DNA of 64,000 nt, taken from a phage. Both the position numbers and the translations under genes were made by a program. Under the pieces are notes generated by a model that worked only from the letters and a program-made list of their open reading frames with translations, did not search any database and had not been told where the DNA came from. Below are positions 35,121-44,592 of this stretch, piece after piece. Position 1 is the stretch's first letter, and the number at the start of each line of letters is the position of its first letter. Location: sequence record PQ826431.1; one strand, given 5' to 3'.

Positions 35121-35813
35121 TTAAATAGCGGTTCCTTCGAAATCCGCCACATTTACGAGATTAATATTTTCAGATTTAGAAGTCAAGTTGTTTTCTGCAA
35201 CAGATTTTTCTTCAGTATCCGCCTCGTTACCTGCCACGTTACGAGGTTCTTCTTCACCGTAGGGATTACCGAATTTCAAAAGATTGATCAATTCTTCTTT
35301 GGAGAAGTTTTCTAAATCATCATCTGTTAATTCAATAATCTCGTCTTGTTCTTCAATAAATGTTTCACCACCAGAAAAAGCATCTCGCTTTTTAGCTACT
35401 TCCATAGCCTGTTCTGGTGTTGCTCCTGCATCAAGAGCAGCTAAAGCAAAGTCTGACCCGCTTCCTACCGCATAATATTCTTCATCAATCGGATATGCAC
35501 GTGTTGGGTTGTTACCTTCGTGCAGGAAAATACGTCCATCTGGATGAACAACAAGTGCAATAAACTCTTCATCTTCTTTATCTGGATCAGAGTGAATCAT
35601 CAAACCAGGGACAGCATCACGTGCTGCTTCGCACTGTAGATTTTGTTCAAACCATTGAAAGAAAGAAAGCACGGAGGTCAGACGACCAGCACCGCCTACA
35701 AGGTAATCTCCAATTTTTCGGACCTTTTTGAAATTAATAGAATCTACACGTCCACCAAAAGTTACCTTACCGTCACTCAAAATCTTATTTTTGGTCGCAA
35801 TAATTGTCGTCAC
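35121..35813 (-). CDS. HslV-like (proteasome beta-type, N-terminal Thr) peptidase with acidic C-terminal extension, 230 aa
   Basis: MTTIIATKN N-terminus, GGRV, LVGGAGR, AVGSGSDFALAAL resemble HslV/ClpQ. Confidence 0.55.
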   Translation of the reverse strand: MTTIIATKNKILSDGKVTFGGRVDSINFKKVRKIGDYLVGGAGRLTSVLSFFQWFEQNLQCEAARDAVPGLMIHSDPDKEDEEFIALVVHPDGRIFLHEGNNPTRAYPIDEEYYAVGSGSDFALAALDAGATPEQAMEVAKKRDAFSGGETFIEEQDEIIELTDDDLENFSKEELINLLKFGNPYGEEEPRNVAGNEADTEEKSVAENNLTSKSENINLVNVADFEGTAI

Positions 35814-36316
35814 TATTCTTCCTCCTCTGTTAATGTTTTAAGAACCGCTTTCCCGCCATTCACATATTTGCAGATGTATTCTATCGCACGTAGTGTCTCT
35901 TTGTCAACAAAAATTTGATCAGACGTTGCGAGCGGGTTATTAAGAAGATCACTGCAATCACGAACAAGCAGTGCTTTCTTATTAAACAAATTACTTAAGA
36001 ACAGTAACTTCGCCTCTTCTTCTGTTATGTGCAGAAGGCTAGGATCGGAGCCAGCTATTCCTATTATACAATCAAACAAGCTTTCTTTACTATCAGAAAG
36101 TTCTTGAAAATGGTTTAAAAGCCAATCTTCTCCTAGACACCAACATTTAAACATTTCCAGTTTATCTCGGAGGGTCATATTCTCTAAAGTAAGAGCAATC
36201 TCTTTTTCAATATGGTTTACACAAATTTGACGAAATTCGTTAGGTTTTACGAGTCCCGTTTGATAGCACTCATCTATACCGCTTCTTCCGATAGCTATTG
36301 TTGCTACACCCATCAA
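35813..36316 (-). CDS. hypothetical protein (167 aa)
   Basis: ORF track. Confidence 0.55.
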   Translation of the reverse strand: MMGVATIAIGRSGIDECYQTGLVKPNEFRQICVNHIEKEIALTLENMTLRDKLEMFKCWCLGEDWLLNHFQELSDSKESLFDCIIGIAGSDPSLLHITEEEAKLLFLSNLFNKKALLVRDCSDLLNNPLATSDQIFVDKETLRAIEYICKYVNGGKAVLKTLTEEEE

Positions 36317-36348
36317 TCCTCCTTATAAATGGCTTCCCTGCCACATTA

Positions 36349-37107
36349 TTAAATAAACACTTCAGTAATCAGTTTAGACAAACGTCCACGTTTATTATCG
36401 TCCGTTGTCAGTTCAACATATCCAATAAAATCTACAATTGGCTCACGAACACCCTCTTCATTCTCTGGATATAAAAGTTCCAAAATTTGATGCAGACCAT
36501 TGCTACGTTTTTTAATTGCATATGTCTGGCGAACATCGCCTAATACAATAACATGCGTATTAATACCTGCACGTTCAATAAGAAGTTTAAGTGTTTCTGT
36601 TGACATAAGTTGTGCTTCGTCAATAATGACGATTGTATTATCCAGGGTAGCCCCCAACAAATAGTTAGGAATATTCAATTCGATCTTACCTGATCCAATA
36701 TCGTTTTCCAATTTGTTGGCTGTCATGAATTGCTGGAAAATACGTTTTGTAGATTCATAGTGTGCTGCTAGTTTATCTGTTTTATCCCCAGACAAGAAAC
36801 CAATCTGGTCATCTCCGACTTCAGTAGGGTTCTTGATAAAAAGTAGTTTACGGAAGTCTCCTGAACGAAGCATCTGCAAAGCTTTCCATAAAGCAACAGA
36901 GGTTTTACCAGTCCCTGCCGGAGCATTTACAACAGTCAGATCATTCCAAATCATGCTTTGAACAATCTTATTTTGGTCCCCTTCAGGCATAAATTCATCT
37001 AAACGGTAATCGTCATTACCTACCGCTTTTGCTGCATAACGGCTTTCAATCTTTGCTGAATTAGCCAGTTTCTGCCGTTGTGTTTTAGCTGCGGTTTTAT
37101 TTCCCAT
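36349..37107 (-). CDS. phoH: PhoH-like ATPase
   Basis: Walker A APAGTGKTSVAL, IIDEAQL and GDVRQ motifs; track ORF trimmed to ATG after RBS AAAAGGAGTG. Confidence 0.85.
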   Translation of the reverse strand: MGNKTAAKTQRQKLANSAKIESRYAAKAVGNDDYRLDEFMPEGDQNKIVQSMIWNDLTVVNAPAGTGKTSVALWKALQMLRSGDFRKLLFIKNPTEVGDDQIGFLSGDKTDKLAAHYESTKRIFQQFMTANKLENDIGSGKIELNIPNYLLGATLDNTIVIIDEAQLMSTETLKLLIERAGINTHVIVLGDVRQTYAIKKRSNGLHQILELLYPENEEGVREPIVDFIGYVELTTDDNKRGRLSKLITEVFI

Positions 37108-37126
37108 AGTAGCACTCCTTTTAGAA

Positions 37127-37140
37127 GGGGCCGAAGCCCC
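37127..37140 (-). promoter_or_regulatory. intergenic UUCG-tetraloop hairpin GGGGC-UUCG-GCCCC (copy; also at 25027 and 41413)
   Basis: identical 14-nt hairpin at three minus-strand junctions, each followed by RBS. Confidence 0.5.
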
Positions 37141-37144
37141 TTTA

Positions 37145-37645
37145 TTAGTTGTAAGCATCTAAAGTTCCAGAAGTCAGAACTTTAATTACTCGTTCAGCAC
37201 GGTTTGGCGTCTGGCTATACCATCGGCTTTTACGCATGTTTTTACCTGCTTGAGTATAATATGCATTGCTGATTAAAGTCAAGCTATTTTGAAACCCTTC
37301 AGCACCTTTTAACCCCAACTGGAAAACCATGTTGATTATTCCCAATTTACGAGTATCACTAACCTTATCATAGATTGGTGATAAGATAGTACTGTTTTTT
37401 ATGTCTCTCTTCACTTTTGCAACATCGTCAGCAAAGATTTGACGGGCTTCTTTTTCTGTGATAACTCCATTAGTCTTACGACCAAGAAGATTATCTAAGA
37501 TTTGAATAGCCTTTGCTTTATCTTTTATTTTAGTCAGAAGGTGTCCTATGCCGACTGTCCAATAACCAAGATGGTCTTGATAAACAGTAAGCTTCAGTCC
37601 TTCATCGACTCGTAGCATATCAAACTCATCTACTACTTTAGCCAT
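37145..37645 (-). CDS. T4-type lysozyme (endolysin, GH24), 166 aa
   Basis: near-colinear similarity to T4 lysozyme: EFDMLRVDEGLKL..YQD..GYWTVGIGHLL, catalytic E/D/T positions conserved. Confidence 0.9.
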   Translation of the reverse strand: MAKVVDEFDMLRVDEGLKLTVYQDHLGYWTVGIGHLLTKIKDKAKAIQILDNLLGRKTNGVITEKEARQIFADDVAKVKRDIKNSTILSPIYDKVSDTRKLGIINMVFQLGLKGAEGFQNSLTLISNAYYTQAGKNMRKSRWYSQTPNRAERVIKVLTSGTLDAYN

Positions 37646-37652
37646 TTACTTC

Positions 37653-37802
37653 CTATTCGTCGTCTCCTACTCCGTGATCCAACTCGTTAAACAACAAATG
37701 TTCTGGAGAAGTTTCACGTTTTGGTTTCGTTTTCTTTATGTTGGACTTCAGCTCATTTGCCAAAGCACGAGAAAAGATCTTACGTTTCTGTTTACTTTTC
37801 AT
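37653..37802 (-). CDS. small basic protein (49 aa)
   Basis: ATG after RBS GGAGTAACAATT; not in track. Confidence 0.35.
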   Translation of the reverse strand: MKSKQKRKIFSRALANELKSNIKKTKPKRETSPEHLLFNELDHGVGDDE

Positions 37803-37807
37803 AATTG

Positions 37808-38068
37808 TTACTCCGCAATTTGAGCCATGAGATCACGCAGTTCGGTAAAACCGCCTACGTATGTTACCTCCCCGTTCACTTCAGACAGAATTTGTGGAAA
37901 TGTGCGTGGAGGAACTCCGGTAAGATCAACAACTGTTTTAGTCATTGATTCTAAATCATAGTCTTGATCAAGACTTAAATATTCAAACTGTTTATTGCGC
38001 ATGGTTAATAGTTGTTTTGACATTTCGCAAAATTGACAGTTAGGTTTACCAAAAATTACAAATTCCAT
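37808..38068 (-). CDS. glutaredoxin-like protein (NrdC/NrdH-type), 86 aa
   Basis: thioredoxin-fold CxxC (KPNCQFC) and TFPQI...GG motif. Confidence 0.75.
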   Translation of the reverse strand: MEFVIFGKPNCQFCEMSKQLLTMRNKQFEYLSLDQDYDLESMTKTVVDLTGVPPRTFPQILSEVNGEVTYVGGFTELRDLMAQIAE

Positions 38069-38910
38069 TACCTCTCCTTATTAAGTAATACTGCTAAAGA
38101 CTGTTCAATACCTTTATTTAAATCTGATTTTGTAAGATAGTGACTGGTTACTAGTTGTGACTTCACCGGACGTGCTGCTGGAGCATTATAGGTTGAAGCT
38201 GATACCGCCGATATCTTAACAGGTTCTGGCATCTGTGTCAAGATCTTTTCCGCAAACTCCGCCCAAGAAATAAAATGGCTTCCTGCAAAATGGTAAGTCT
38301 TAACAGACCTTGACCAACCTGTTTTTAATACTTCAAAAATAGCTTCTGCTAAATCTGGAGCATATGTTGGACAAGAGAACTGATCAGCAACAACAATAAA
38401 ATCACGTTGTCCATCATTATAGCGAGACAACATGGTTTTTAGAAAGTTATTTCCAAATTCGCTATATACCGAGGCTGTTCGAATAATATATGCATTTGGG
38501 TTAACTCCTCGCACCATTTTTTCACCAAGTTCTTTCGTATACCCATAATTGTTTATTGGGTTAGGTGTAGTATCTTCAAAAATAGGATGAGAATAATTAA
38601 AAATATAATCTGTAGAAATATGCACAAAATCAATTTTAAGTTTGCTGCACACTGCCGCAATATTTGCAGGTCCATACGCATTAACAGCCAAAGCAGTAGC
38701 AAAATCATGTTCTGCTTTATCTACAGCCGTATAAGCGGCGCAATTAATAACACCATCTACATAATCTTCAACAATAGCGTTTCGCACAGCTTCAAAATTT
38801 GTAATATCTACACGTTCTTTAGGATAAATTAAAGATACATTTGAAGGAACCACTTTACGTAAAGCTTGTCCCAGTTGTCCATTACCGCCCAATACCAGAT
38901 ATGTTAGCAT
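38068..38910 (-). CDS. rmlD: dTDP-4-dehydrorhamnose reductase
   Basis: GGNGQLG, INCAAYTAVDKAE, HISTDYIF, YGYTKELGEK (YxxxK), RTASVY..GNNFLKTML closely match RmlD. Confidence 0.85.
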   Translation of the reverse strand: MLTYLVLGGNGQLGQALRKVVPSNVSLIYPKERVDITNFEAVRNAIVEDYVDGVINCAAYTAVDKAEHDFATALAVNAYGPANIAAVCSKLKIDFVHISTDYIFNYSHPIFEDTTPNPINNYGYTKELGEKMVRGVNPNAYIIRTASVYSEFGNNFLKTMLSRYNDGQRDFIVVADQFSCPTYAPDLAEAIFEVLKTGWSRSVKTYHFAGSHFISWAEFAEKILTQMPEPVKISAVSASTYNAPAARPVKSQLVTSHYLTKSDLNKGIEQSLAVLLNKER

Positions 38911-39470
38911 ACACCCTCGCTACGTAACTGTTGAAAAGATTTAGCCATTGCATCTTTTGTTGATAGGATAGGTTTAAAACCTTCGTCAAAAATCATATCG
39001 AAGCCCCAATCGATCCCTATGTCAGGATCATCCCAACGTAAACTTTGTTCACTAGAAGGGTCGTATGGAGTTGTGCATTTGTATTCAAAGATCGCATCCA
39101 TACTCAAAACTATAAAACCATGTGCCAAACCAGGAGGAAGCCAAAACTGCGTATGGTGTCGTGCACGAAGAACAACACCGTCCCAAGCACCGTAAGTTGG
39201 ACTGTCTTTACGTAAGTCTACAGCGAAATCCAATACTTCCCCACTTACACAACGAACAAGCTTACCTTGCGGATTATTTGTTTGAAAGTGCATTCCTCGC
39301 AAAACACCGAAGTTTGATTTAGACATATTATCTTGAACGAAAGTTTGTTTACCAATAATATCTTCGTATTTTTGTTCATTGTATGTTTCTAAAAAGAAAC
39401 CACGATCATCTTTATAAACGTCTGGTTTGATAATTACCGCACCTTCAATTTTTGTTTTTTCTACTTTCAT
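38904..39470 (-). CDS. rmlC: dTDP-4-dehydrorhamnose 3,5-epimerase
   Basis: DDRGFFLETY, FVQDN-SKS-FGVLRGMHFQ match RmlC cupin signature. Confidence 0.85.
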   Translation of the reverse strand: MKVEKTKIEGAVIIKPDVYKDDRGFFLETYNEQKYEDIIGKQTFVQDNMSKSNFGVLRGMHFQTNNPQGKLVRCVSGEVLDFAVDLRKDSPTYGAWDGVVLRARHHTQFWLPPGLAHGFIVLSMDAIFEYKCTTPYDPSSEQSLRWDDPDIGIDWGFDMIFDEGFKPILSTKDAMAKSFQQLRSEGVC

Positions 39471-39479
39471 TTTCTCTCC

Positions 39480-39806
39480 TTACCAGACATGTTGAGAAAT
39501 AATAGTTTCCGTTTTAATGTTATATTTTTCAAGTAGCTCTGCATAGGCTTCTTTTGCATTCTCATTCAATTGCTCAAGATCTACAGCTATGCTTCCTTCT
39601 CCACCTTCTAAATCAAGGCCATATATGCAATAAGACTCATCTGCATCGTAGAAAGGAGAGATGCGGCTTAAGTCAAGACCTTCTTGTAAGAACCAATTAA
39701 AATCTCCATCAAATTCTTCTTCAATTCTAGGATCTTCTCCTACAGCCTCTTCCCACTTATTAAAAGGTGCACCCTGTAACATACGCCATTCGATATCAAT
39801 ACCCAT
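39480..39806 (-). CDS. hypothetical acidic protein (108 aa)
   Basis: ORF track. Confidence 0.55.
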   Translation of the reverse strand: MGIDIEWRMLQGAPFNKWEEAVGEDPRIEEEFDGDFNWFLQEGLDLSRISPFYDADESYCIYGLDLEGGEGSIAVDLEQLNENAKEAYAELLEKYNIKTETIISQHVW

Positions 39807-39960
39807 TTTTCATCTCCTCCTCTTCTTGAGCAGCTTTAATAATTGCTTCATAAATATCGTAAGCAATGCCTCCACAACATCTAGCTTCGAAAGCTATTGC
39901 TTCTGCAATGTGATCTGTTAATTCTCGTGGAATACGGACATACTCTTTTTCATTCTCCAT
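39796..39960 (-). CDS. hypothetical protein (54 aa)
   Basis: track ORF trimmed to ATG after RBS GAGGTGGAAG. Confidence 0.4.
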   Translation of the reverse strand: MENEKEYVRIPRELTDHIAEAIAFEARCCGGIAYDIYEAIIKAAQEEEEMKNGY

Positions 39961-40096
39961 CTTCCACCTCTTCTTTTTCAAAGACTACTACTCGTCCCTC
40001 ACCATGACAATTCAGGCAAGGAAATGTTACCATAATTTCCACTTCCATCTGTCCAGTCCCACCGCACACAGGACAAAAAATAAGTTTTTCAGCCAT
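39956..40096 (-). CDS. small zinc-ribbon protein (46 aa)
   Basis: CPVCGG and CLNCHG Cys pairs; not in track. Confidence 0.4.
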
Positions 40097-40305
40097 TATT
40101 CCTCCTTAATTATTTCAAACTTGGCAACACCATTTACAATAATATGACCACAAGACATAACTCCTAGCCAAGGATCGCCGTTTTTCTTCAGGCGTTTACC
40201 GAATACATCACAAAAACCATTCTTCATTTCGGAGGCTTCATAAGAAGCCCCTTTGTCAAAAACGTCTTTGAATGTGTCGATTATACCAACACATCTCAAA
40301 ATCAT
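40096..40305 (-). CDS. hypothetical protein (69 aa)
   Basis: ORF track. Confidence 0.5.
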   Translation of the reverse strand: MILRCVGIIDTFKDVFDKGASYEASEMKNGFCDVFGKRLKKNGDPWLGVMSCGHIIVNGVAKFEIIKEE

Positions 40306-41390
40306 TAGAAGTCAAGCTCCTCATCATCAGAGAGATCTTTGTTAGCTGAATTCAATTTGTAGTTAGTTAACTGAATCTCTTGGGCTGCTGACTGAATCAA
40401 ATCAGGATTCAACCATTTTTCCATCCAAGCTAAAGGACTATGTTTAGGTGCTTTAAACTTAGCTTTCATTTTCAATCGACGATAAATAGGAGCAGCATTG
40501 AAATAAACCCACTGTTTAGACAATTCGGCGTTAAGACCTACAATAAAACGACCTTCACTAAACAGGTAGTCACACCACTGTTCCTCTTGTTCAACAACAG
40601 TGTCGAGGATCAAAGTCAACTCTTCAATATTGTCTTCGTAAATTTTACGCCAAATTGGGTCATGCATCAATGCATCAATTACAGCATAATCCATCTTAAC
40701 ATGCAAGATTTCATCTAGCATAATTTTCTGGATCAGTTTACAAGCCCCAACAAACAGTTGTTGTTCTGCCATAGCAAAAGTAGCAGAGAAGGAAGATATA
40801 AACTGAATACCTTCTAATCCAATCAGGGCTACCATCCCTTTAAGAATCAGCAGTCGAAGTTCATCGTTAGCTTCAATCAATCCTAGAGCATACTTATGAC
40901 CAGCTTCTTCCAACTGACCCATGATATCAGCAATGATACCCATACGATTGAAAATTTTATCATTAATCATAATCTGATTGATGACTTCAATTGGATCTGG
41001 AGTACATTGACGGATTATTTCAGAATACGTTAACGCATGGAGAACTTCCATTTCACTCTGCTTCATCATCATAGCACAGGCTTCATTGTTACTCAAGAAT
41101 GGAGAGAACAAAGTGATGATTGATTTTGCAAGAGAATCATTTTCCCATTGGAACGATAAGTTTTTAATCATAACATCATAGTTGTTTTTAGAACAAGCTA
41201 CGAAATCTTTACGTGTCTGATCCAGATTAACTTCGTTTTCATCCCAATCTTGTGCTTTTTGAAGTTTGTAGAGTTTGTGCATTTCTGGATAAGTTACGTT
41301 AACAGAATCAAAGATCCCTAATTGCTCCCCCAAAAATACTGGATATTTTCCTGTTTTGTAAACTTCATTGTGTAAATTAATTGCTGCCAT
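40305..41390 (-). CDS. nrdB: ribonucleotide reductase class Ia beta subunit
   Basis: di-iron ExxH motifs (MEVLHA, DEILHV), size and adjacency to nrdA. Confidence 0.85.
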   Translation of the reverse strand: MAAINLHNEVYKTGKYPVFLGEQLGIFDSVNVTYPEMHKLYKLQKAQDWDENEVNLDQTRKDFVACSKNNYDVMIKNLSFQWENDSLAKSIITLFSPFLSNNEACAMMMKQSEMEVLHALTYSEIIRQCTPDPIEVINQIMINDKIFNRMGIIADIMGQLEEAGHKYALGLIEANDELRLLILKGMVALIGLEGIQFISSFSATFAMAEQQLFVGACKLIQKIMLDEILHVKMDYAVIDALMHDPIWRKIYEDNIEELTLILDTVVEQEEQWCDYLFSEGRFIVGLNAELSKQWVYFNAAPIYRRLKMKAKFKAPKHSPLAWMEKWLNPDLIQSAAQEIQLTNYKLNSANKDLSDDEELDF

Positions 41391-41407
41391 TTAAAATTCT
41401 CCTCAAT

Positions 41408-41426
41408 AAAAAGGGGCCGAAGCCCC
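41408..41426 (-). terminator. UUCG-tetraloop hairpin + U5 (attenuator-like) immediately upstream of nrdB RBS
   Basis: GGGGC-UUCG-GCCCC followed by UUUUUAUUGAGGAGAA in minus-strand RNA. Confidence 0.55.
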
Positions 41427-41433
41427 TTTATAT

Positions 41434-42087
41434 TTAGCCTCGAAATACTGTTTTTGTTTCCGCCAGGTGCCAATAGAAATCCGCCTTGTTTACAAGAGTG
41501 TTGTACACCTCTGGATAAAAATGTTCTTCCTCTTTGTAACGATCCGCTGTTTCCCTGATTGACTTAGCTTTATCTTTTAGCCAAGCGAAGTGTGCCTCTT
41601 CCTCTGTAGCGAAGTAACCTAAATGCTTTCCTTTGTGTCCAGATGATTTAGAAGAAATCTTACCATCGGATTTTCTTACAGTTACCCCTAAAAGGGATTT
41701 TCTTTCCGTCCTTTTTGAGTAACTTAACAGAGTATTCACATATGCTGGAACAAACCTACAATACGCTGGACAATAGACCGTATTACCTTCAAGTACAAGG
41801 TCTTTGTCCAGAACAAAGTTTGCTACAAAGTTTTCTTGATACCACATGTCGAAGTTTGAAAACATAAACCACTCGTCACAAACCGTCACACCTGTATACC
41901 CAGGTCTTGCTTGTTCCATTTTATAGGCTCTTTCGAACATGTTTTTCCAAGCTTTGTAAGACGGGTCTGGCTTCCCGTCTACAAATAATCGTCTTTCTAC
42001 ATCAACTACTAAGGGGATTTCTCCCCTTTCGGTAGTAACGGTCACTGCACGTTTACCTTTGAGCATTTGACCTCCTACATGCTGCAA
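41434..42087 (-). CDS. homing endonuclease-like protein (degenerate HNH-type N-domain + AP2-like DNA-binding domain) between nrdA and nrdB
   Basis: YKAW..M..RAY...GVTVCDEW..F.NFDMW pattern shared with 52446 ORF; C-terminal GYFATEEEAHFAW AP2-like motif. Confidence 0.5.
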   Translation of the reverse strand: MQHVGGQMLKGKRAVTVTTERGEIPLVVDVERRLFVDGKPDPSYKAWKNMFERAYKMEQARPGYTGVTVCDEWFMFSNFDMWYQENFVANFVLDKDLVLEGNTVYCPAYCRFVPAYVNTLLSYSKRTERKSLLGVTVRKSDGKISSKSSGHKGKHLGYFATEEEAHFAWLKDKAKSIRETADRYKEEEHFYPEVYNTLVNKADFYWHLAETKTVFRG

Positions 42088-44321
42088 CCCTCACATCCAG
42101 ACTCTTTCAGGTTATCTTCTTGTGCTAAAGAATCTGCTGATTTTGTTCTACTATTAAGGTAATACAATGACTTACCACCCAGTCTAGCAAAGTTCAAAAT
42201 AAATTTCATCTCTTCTTTAACTGATAAACGTCCCCCTACCAATTTAGAATAATCTAACCAAGAATCACAAGAAATTCCTTGGTCCGTAAACTTGGTAAAG
42301 ATACCATACATTTCTGCAAGATCTTTAGCCGGAGTATCCCAGGCAGATTGGTAGAACATTTTCAGTTTTTCATAGTCTGGAACAATAAATAATACACTGC
42401 CTTTCTGACTTTGTTTATACATAATGGTATCACGAACAGGATACAGAGAGTTAGTAGTATTGCTTACCAAACTGCTGGACTCATTAGGTGCAATAGCAGC
42501 CAAGACACTGTTACGGATACCACCTTGTTCAATGATTTCAGCACGTAAGCCTTCCCAGTCCATTTTAAGATCAAAATTACCGATACTATCTACTGTTTTA
42601 GCATAAGTGTCAATTGGTAGCCAACCTTGAGGCCATTTGGTCTTATCGATCCACTCCGCATTACCTTTTTCCTTAGCCAGACGCAGAGAGGCTTTTGCCA
42701 ACCAAAAGTAATGACGTTCTGCAAGTTCATGCATTAATTTTTTAGCATAAGCATCTGAATAATTTACAAAATTACTTGCCAAGTAATGCGCTAAGTTTGT
42801 AATGCCTACACCAATAGATCTACGTGCTTTAGCAGTTATTTCGTTATGTTTAAATGGATAATCCATTGTTTCAATAACGTTGTCAATTGTCAATACAGTG
42901 TAGTATGCAACATCTTCATATTCTTCAGGTAATACACGACCAGCAACAATAGAAGATAAGAAACATAAAGCCAATTCTTGATCTTCTGTATTCTCACCAG
43001 TAAAGAGATCCGGCATACTGTGGAAAGCTTTAGTTGGTAAGAAGATCTCTTGACACAGGTTTGATTGATACACCGTATCCAGGAAAGGTGTATGGTTGTT
43101 AACGTTGTCAGCAAAGAACATGTAAATACGTCCTGTTTCTGCACGTTGAACAATAATCTCTGTCAGAAGATCACGAGCCTTAACAAATTTTTTCTTAATG
43201 CGACGACGGCTTACTTTGTCATAAACTGCATCAAACTCTTCTTCACTTTTATACAAAGCTTCATAAAGTTCAGGAGCATCATCACAACTAACTAACATCC
43301 AATCTTCGTTTTTTGCTGCTCGACGCAAGAACGAACGGTTAACAACAATAGAATAATCCAGTTTGTCTACTCGTTTATCTATAGGTGTTGTTGGATTCTT
43401 CAGTCGAATCAGATCGTCGAAGTCTGGTTCAAGTATGGTAAAGGTAACTGTAGCACTACCTCCACGGCTTGCTTGCTTCGAAGCTCCAACACTATCTTCC
43501 ATCCATTTCAGATACGGAAGAAGACCACCATGAATAATACGATTATTCTTAACACCTTGACCTGTGGCACGAGTTTGAAGATTAACACCAATACCTGCGT
43601 TATTCAACGTATACTCATGAGCTAAGTAATTAGCAATGGCTAAAGATTCTGCCGTATCGTCTGCACGGAATAAACAACAAGACGCACTTCCTTTGATTGG
43701 AGTTCGTAGAGTTGTCAGATACGGCGATGGCAGATTAATCTTAAGATCGCTAACATAAGTATAAAGTTTTTTAATATCTTCTATACGGCGTTCTTTTGGT
43801 TGGATCTCCATAACCTTCATTGCGATACCAATGAAAAGAAACTGTGGAGACTCATGCACCACATCGTTTACTGCATCTCGAATAAGATATTTATCTACCA
43901 TCTGACGTAAAACAGAATAACCATAAGTTAGATTTTTATTATGCTTTACAATCTTACCGATTTCTTTGATCTCTTCATCAGTATAATCCATTTTAGCCCA
44001 ATGTCCACGTTCTACCATATCATGATAAAAGGTATTCAGTGAAGGGATACTGTGGTATCCCCCATGAGCCTGTTTGTAAATCATACCCAGAAGAAGTCTT
44101 CCTGCCATATCACTGTAAGCTTGTGTTTTCTTGTCAATACACGCTGCAATCATTGCTTTATGCAGATCACGTGTAGACACACCGTCATAACACCGCTTCA
44201 CAGCTTCTAATTCAATTTCAGACCAGTTTAGTTTACCTGCTGCAAATTCAGACCACTTGCGAAGTTTTTCTGGATTAAACTCCTCTGTCTTACCGTTAGA
44301 TTTAGTTACAAAACGAATCAA
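42075..44321 (-). CDS. nrdA: ribonucleotide reductase class Ia alpha subunit
   Basis: 748 aa; ATP-cone N-terminus, catalytic-core motifs (NLCQEI, PNESSS), C-terminal CEGCSM tail analogous to T4/E. coli NrdA. Confidence 0.9.
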   Translation of the reverse strand: MIRFVTKSNGKTEEFNPEKLRKWSEFAAGKLNWSEIELEAVKRCYDGVSTRDLHKAMIAACIDKKTQAYSDMAGRLLLGMIYKQAHGGYHSIPSLNTFYHDMVERGHWAKMDYTDEEIKEIGKIVKHNKNLTYGYSVLRQMVDKYLIRDAVNDVVHESPQFLFIGIAMKVMEIQPKERRIEDIKKLYTYVSDLKINLPSPYLTTLRTPIKGSASCCLFRADDTAESLAIANYLAHEYTLNNAGIGVNLQTRATGQGVKNNRIIHGGLLPYLKWMEDSVGASKQASRGGSATVTFTILEPDFDDLIRLKNPTTPIDKRVDKLDYSIVVNRSFLRRAAKNEDWMLVSCDDAPELYEALYKSEEEFDAVYDKVSRRRIKKKFVKARDLLTEIIVQRAETGRIYMFFADNVNNHTPFLDTVYQSNLCQEIFLPTKAFHSMPDLFTGENTEDQELALCFLSSIVAGRVLPEEYEDVAYYTVLTIDNVIETMDYPFKHNEITAKARRSIGVGITNLAHYLASNFVNYSDAYAKKLMHELAERHYFWLAKASLRLAKEKGNAEWIDKTKWPQGWLPIDTYAKTVDSIGNFDLKMDWEGLRAEIIEQGGIRNSVLAAIAPNESSSLVSNTTNSLYPVRDTIMYKQSQKGSVLFIVPDYEKLKMFYQSAWDTPAKDLAEMYGIFTKFTDQGISCDSWLDYSKLVGGRLSVKEEMKFILNFARLGGKSLYYLNSRTKSADSLAQEDNLKESGCEGCSM

Positions 44322-44337
44322 CTTCTCCTCCCTATTA

Positions 44338-44592
44338 TTAATGCATATTCAAAACATCTACATCATAACCGAACTTCATTTCATTAAAAAGTCCATTAGC
44401 ATATAGAAAACCTTCAAAATGAGTTATGTCATCAAACCCTTTTGCTTTTGCTCGACGGTCTGCTTCTTGTCTTTTAGGAGATAAACGTTTTGAAGTGTCT
44501 AGAATTACAGTTACATTACAACCAACAGTTTCATCAAAATAGACTTCGATTTCACAGCCTTCATATTTATTATCAGTCATTGTCCCTCTCAT
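44338..44592 (-). CDS. hypothetical protein (84 aa)
   Basis: ORF track. Confidence 0.5.
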   Translation of the reverse strand: MRGTMTDNKYEGCEIEVYFDETVGCNVTVILDTSKRLSPKRQEADRRAKAKGFDDITHFEGFLYANGLFNEMKFGYDVDVLNMH

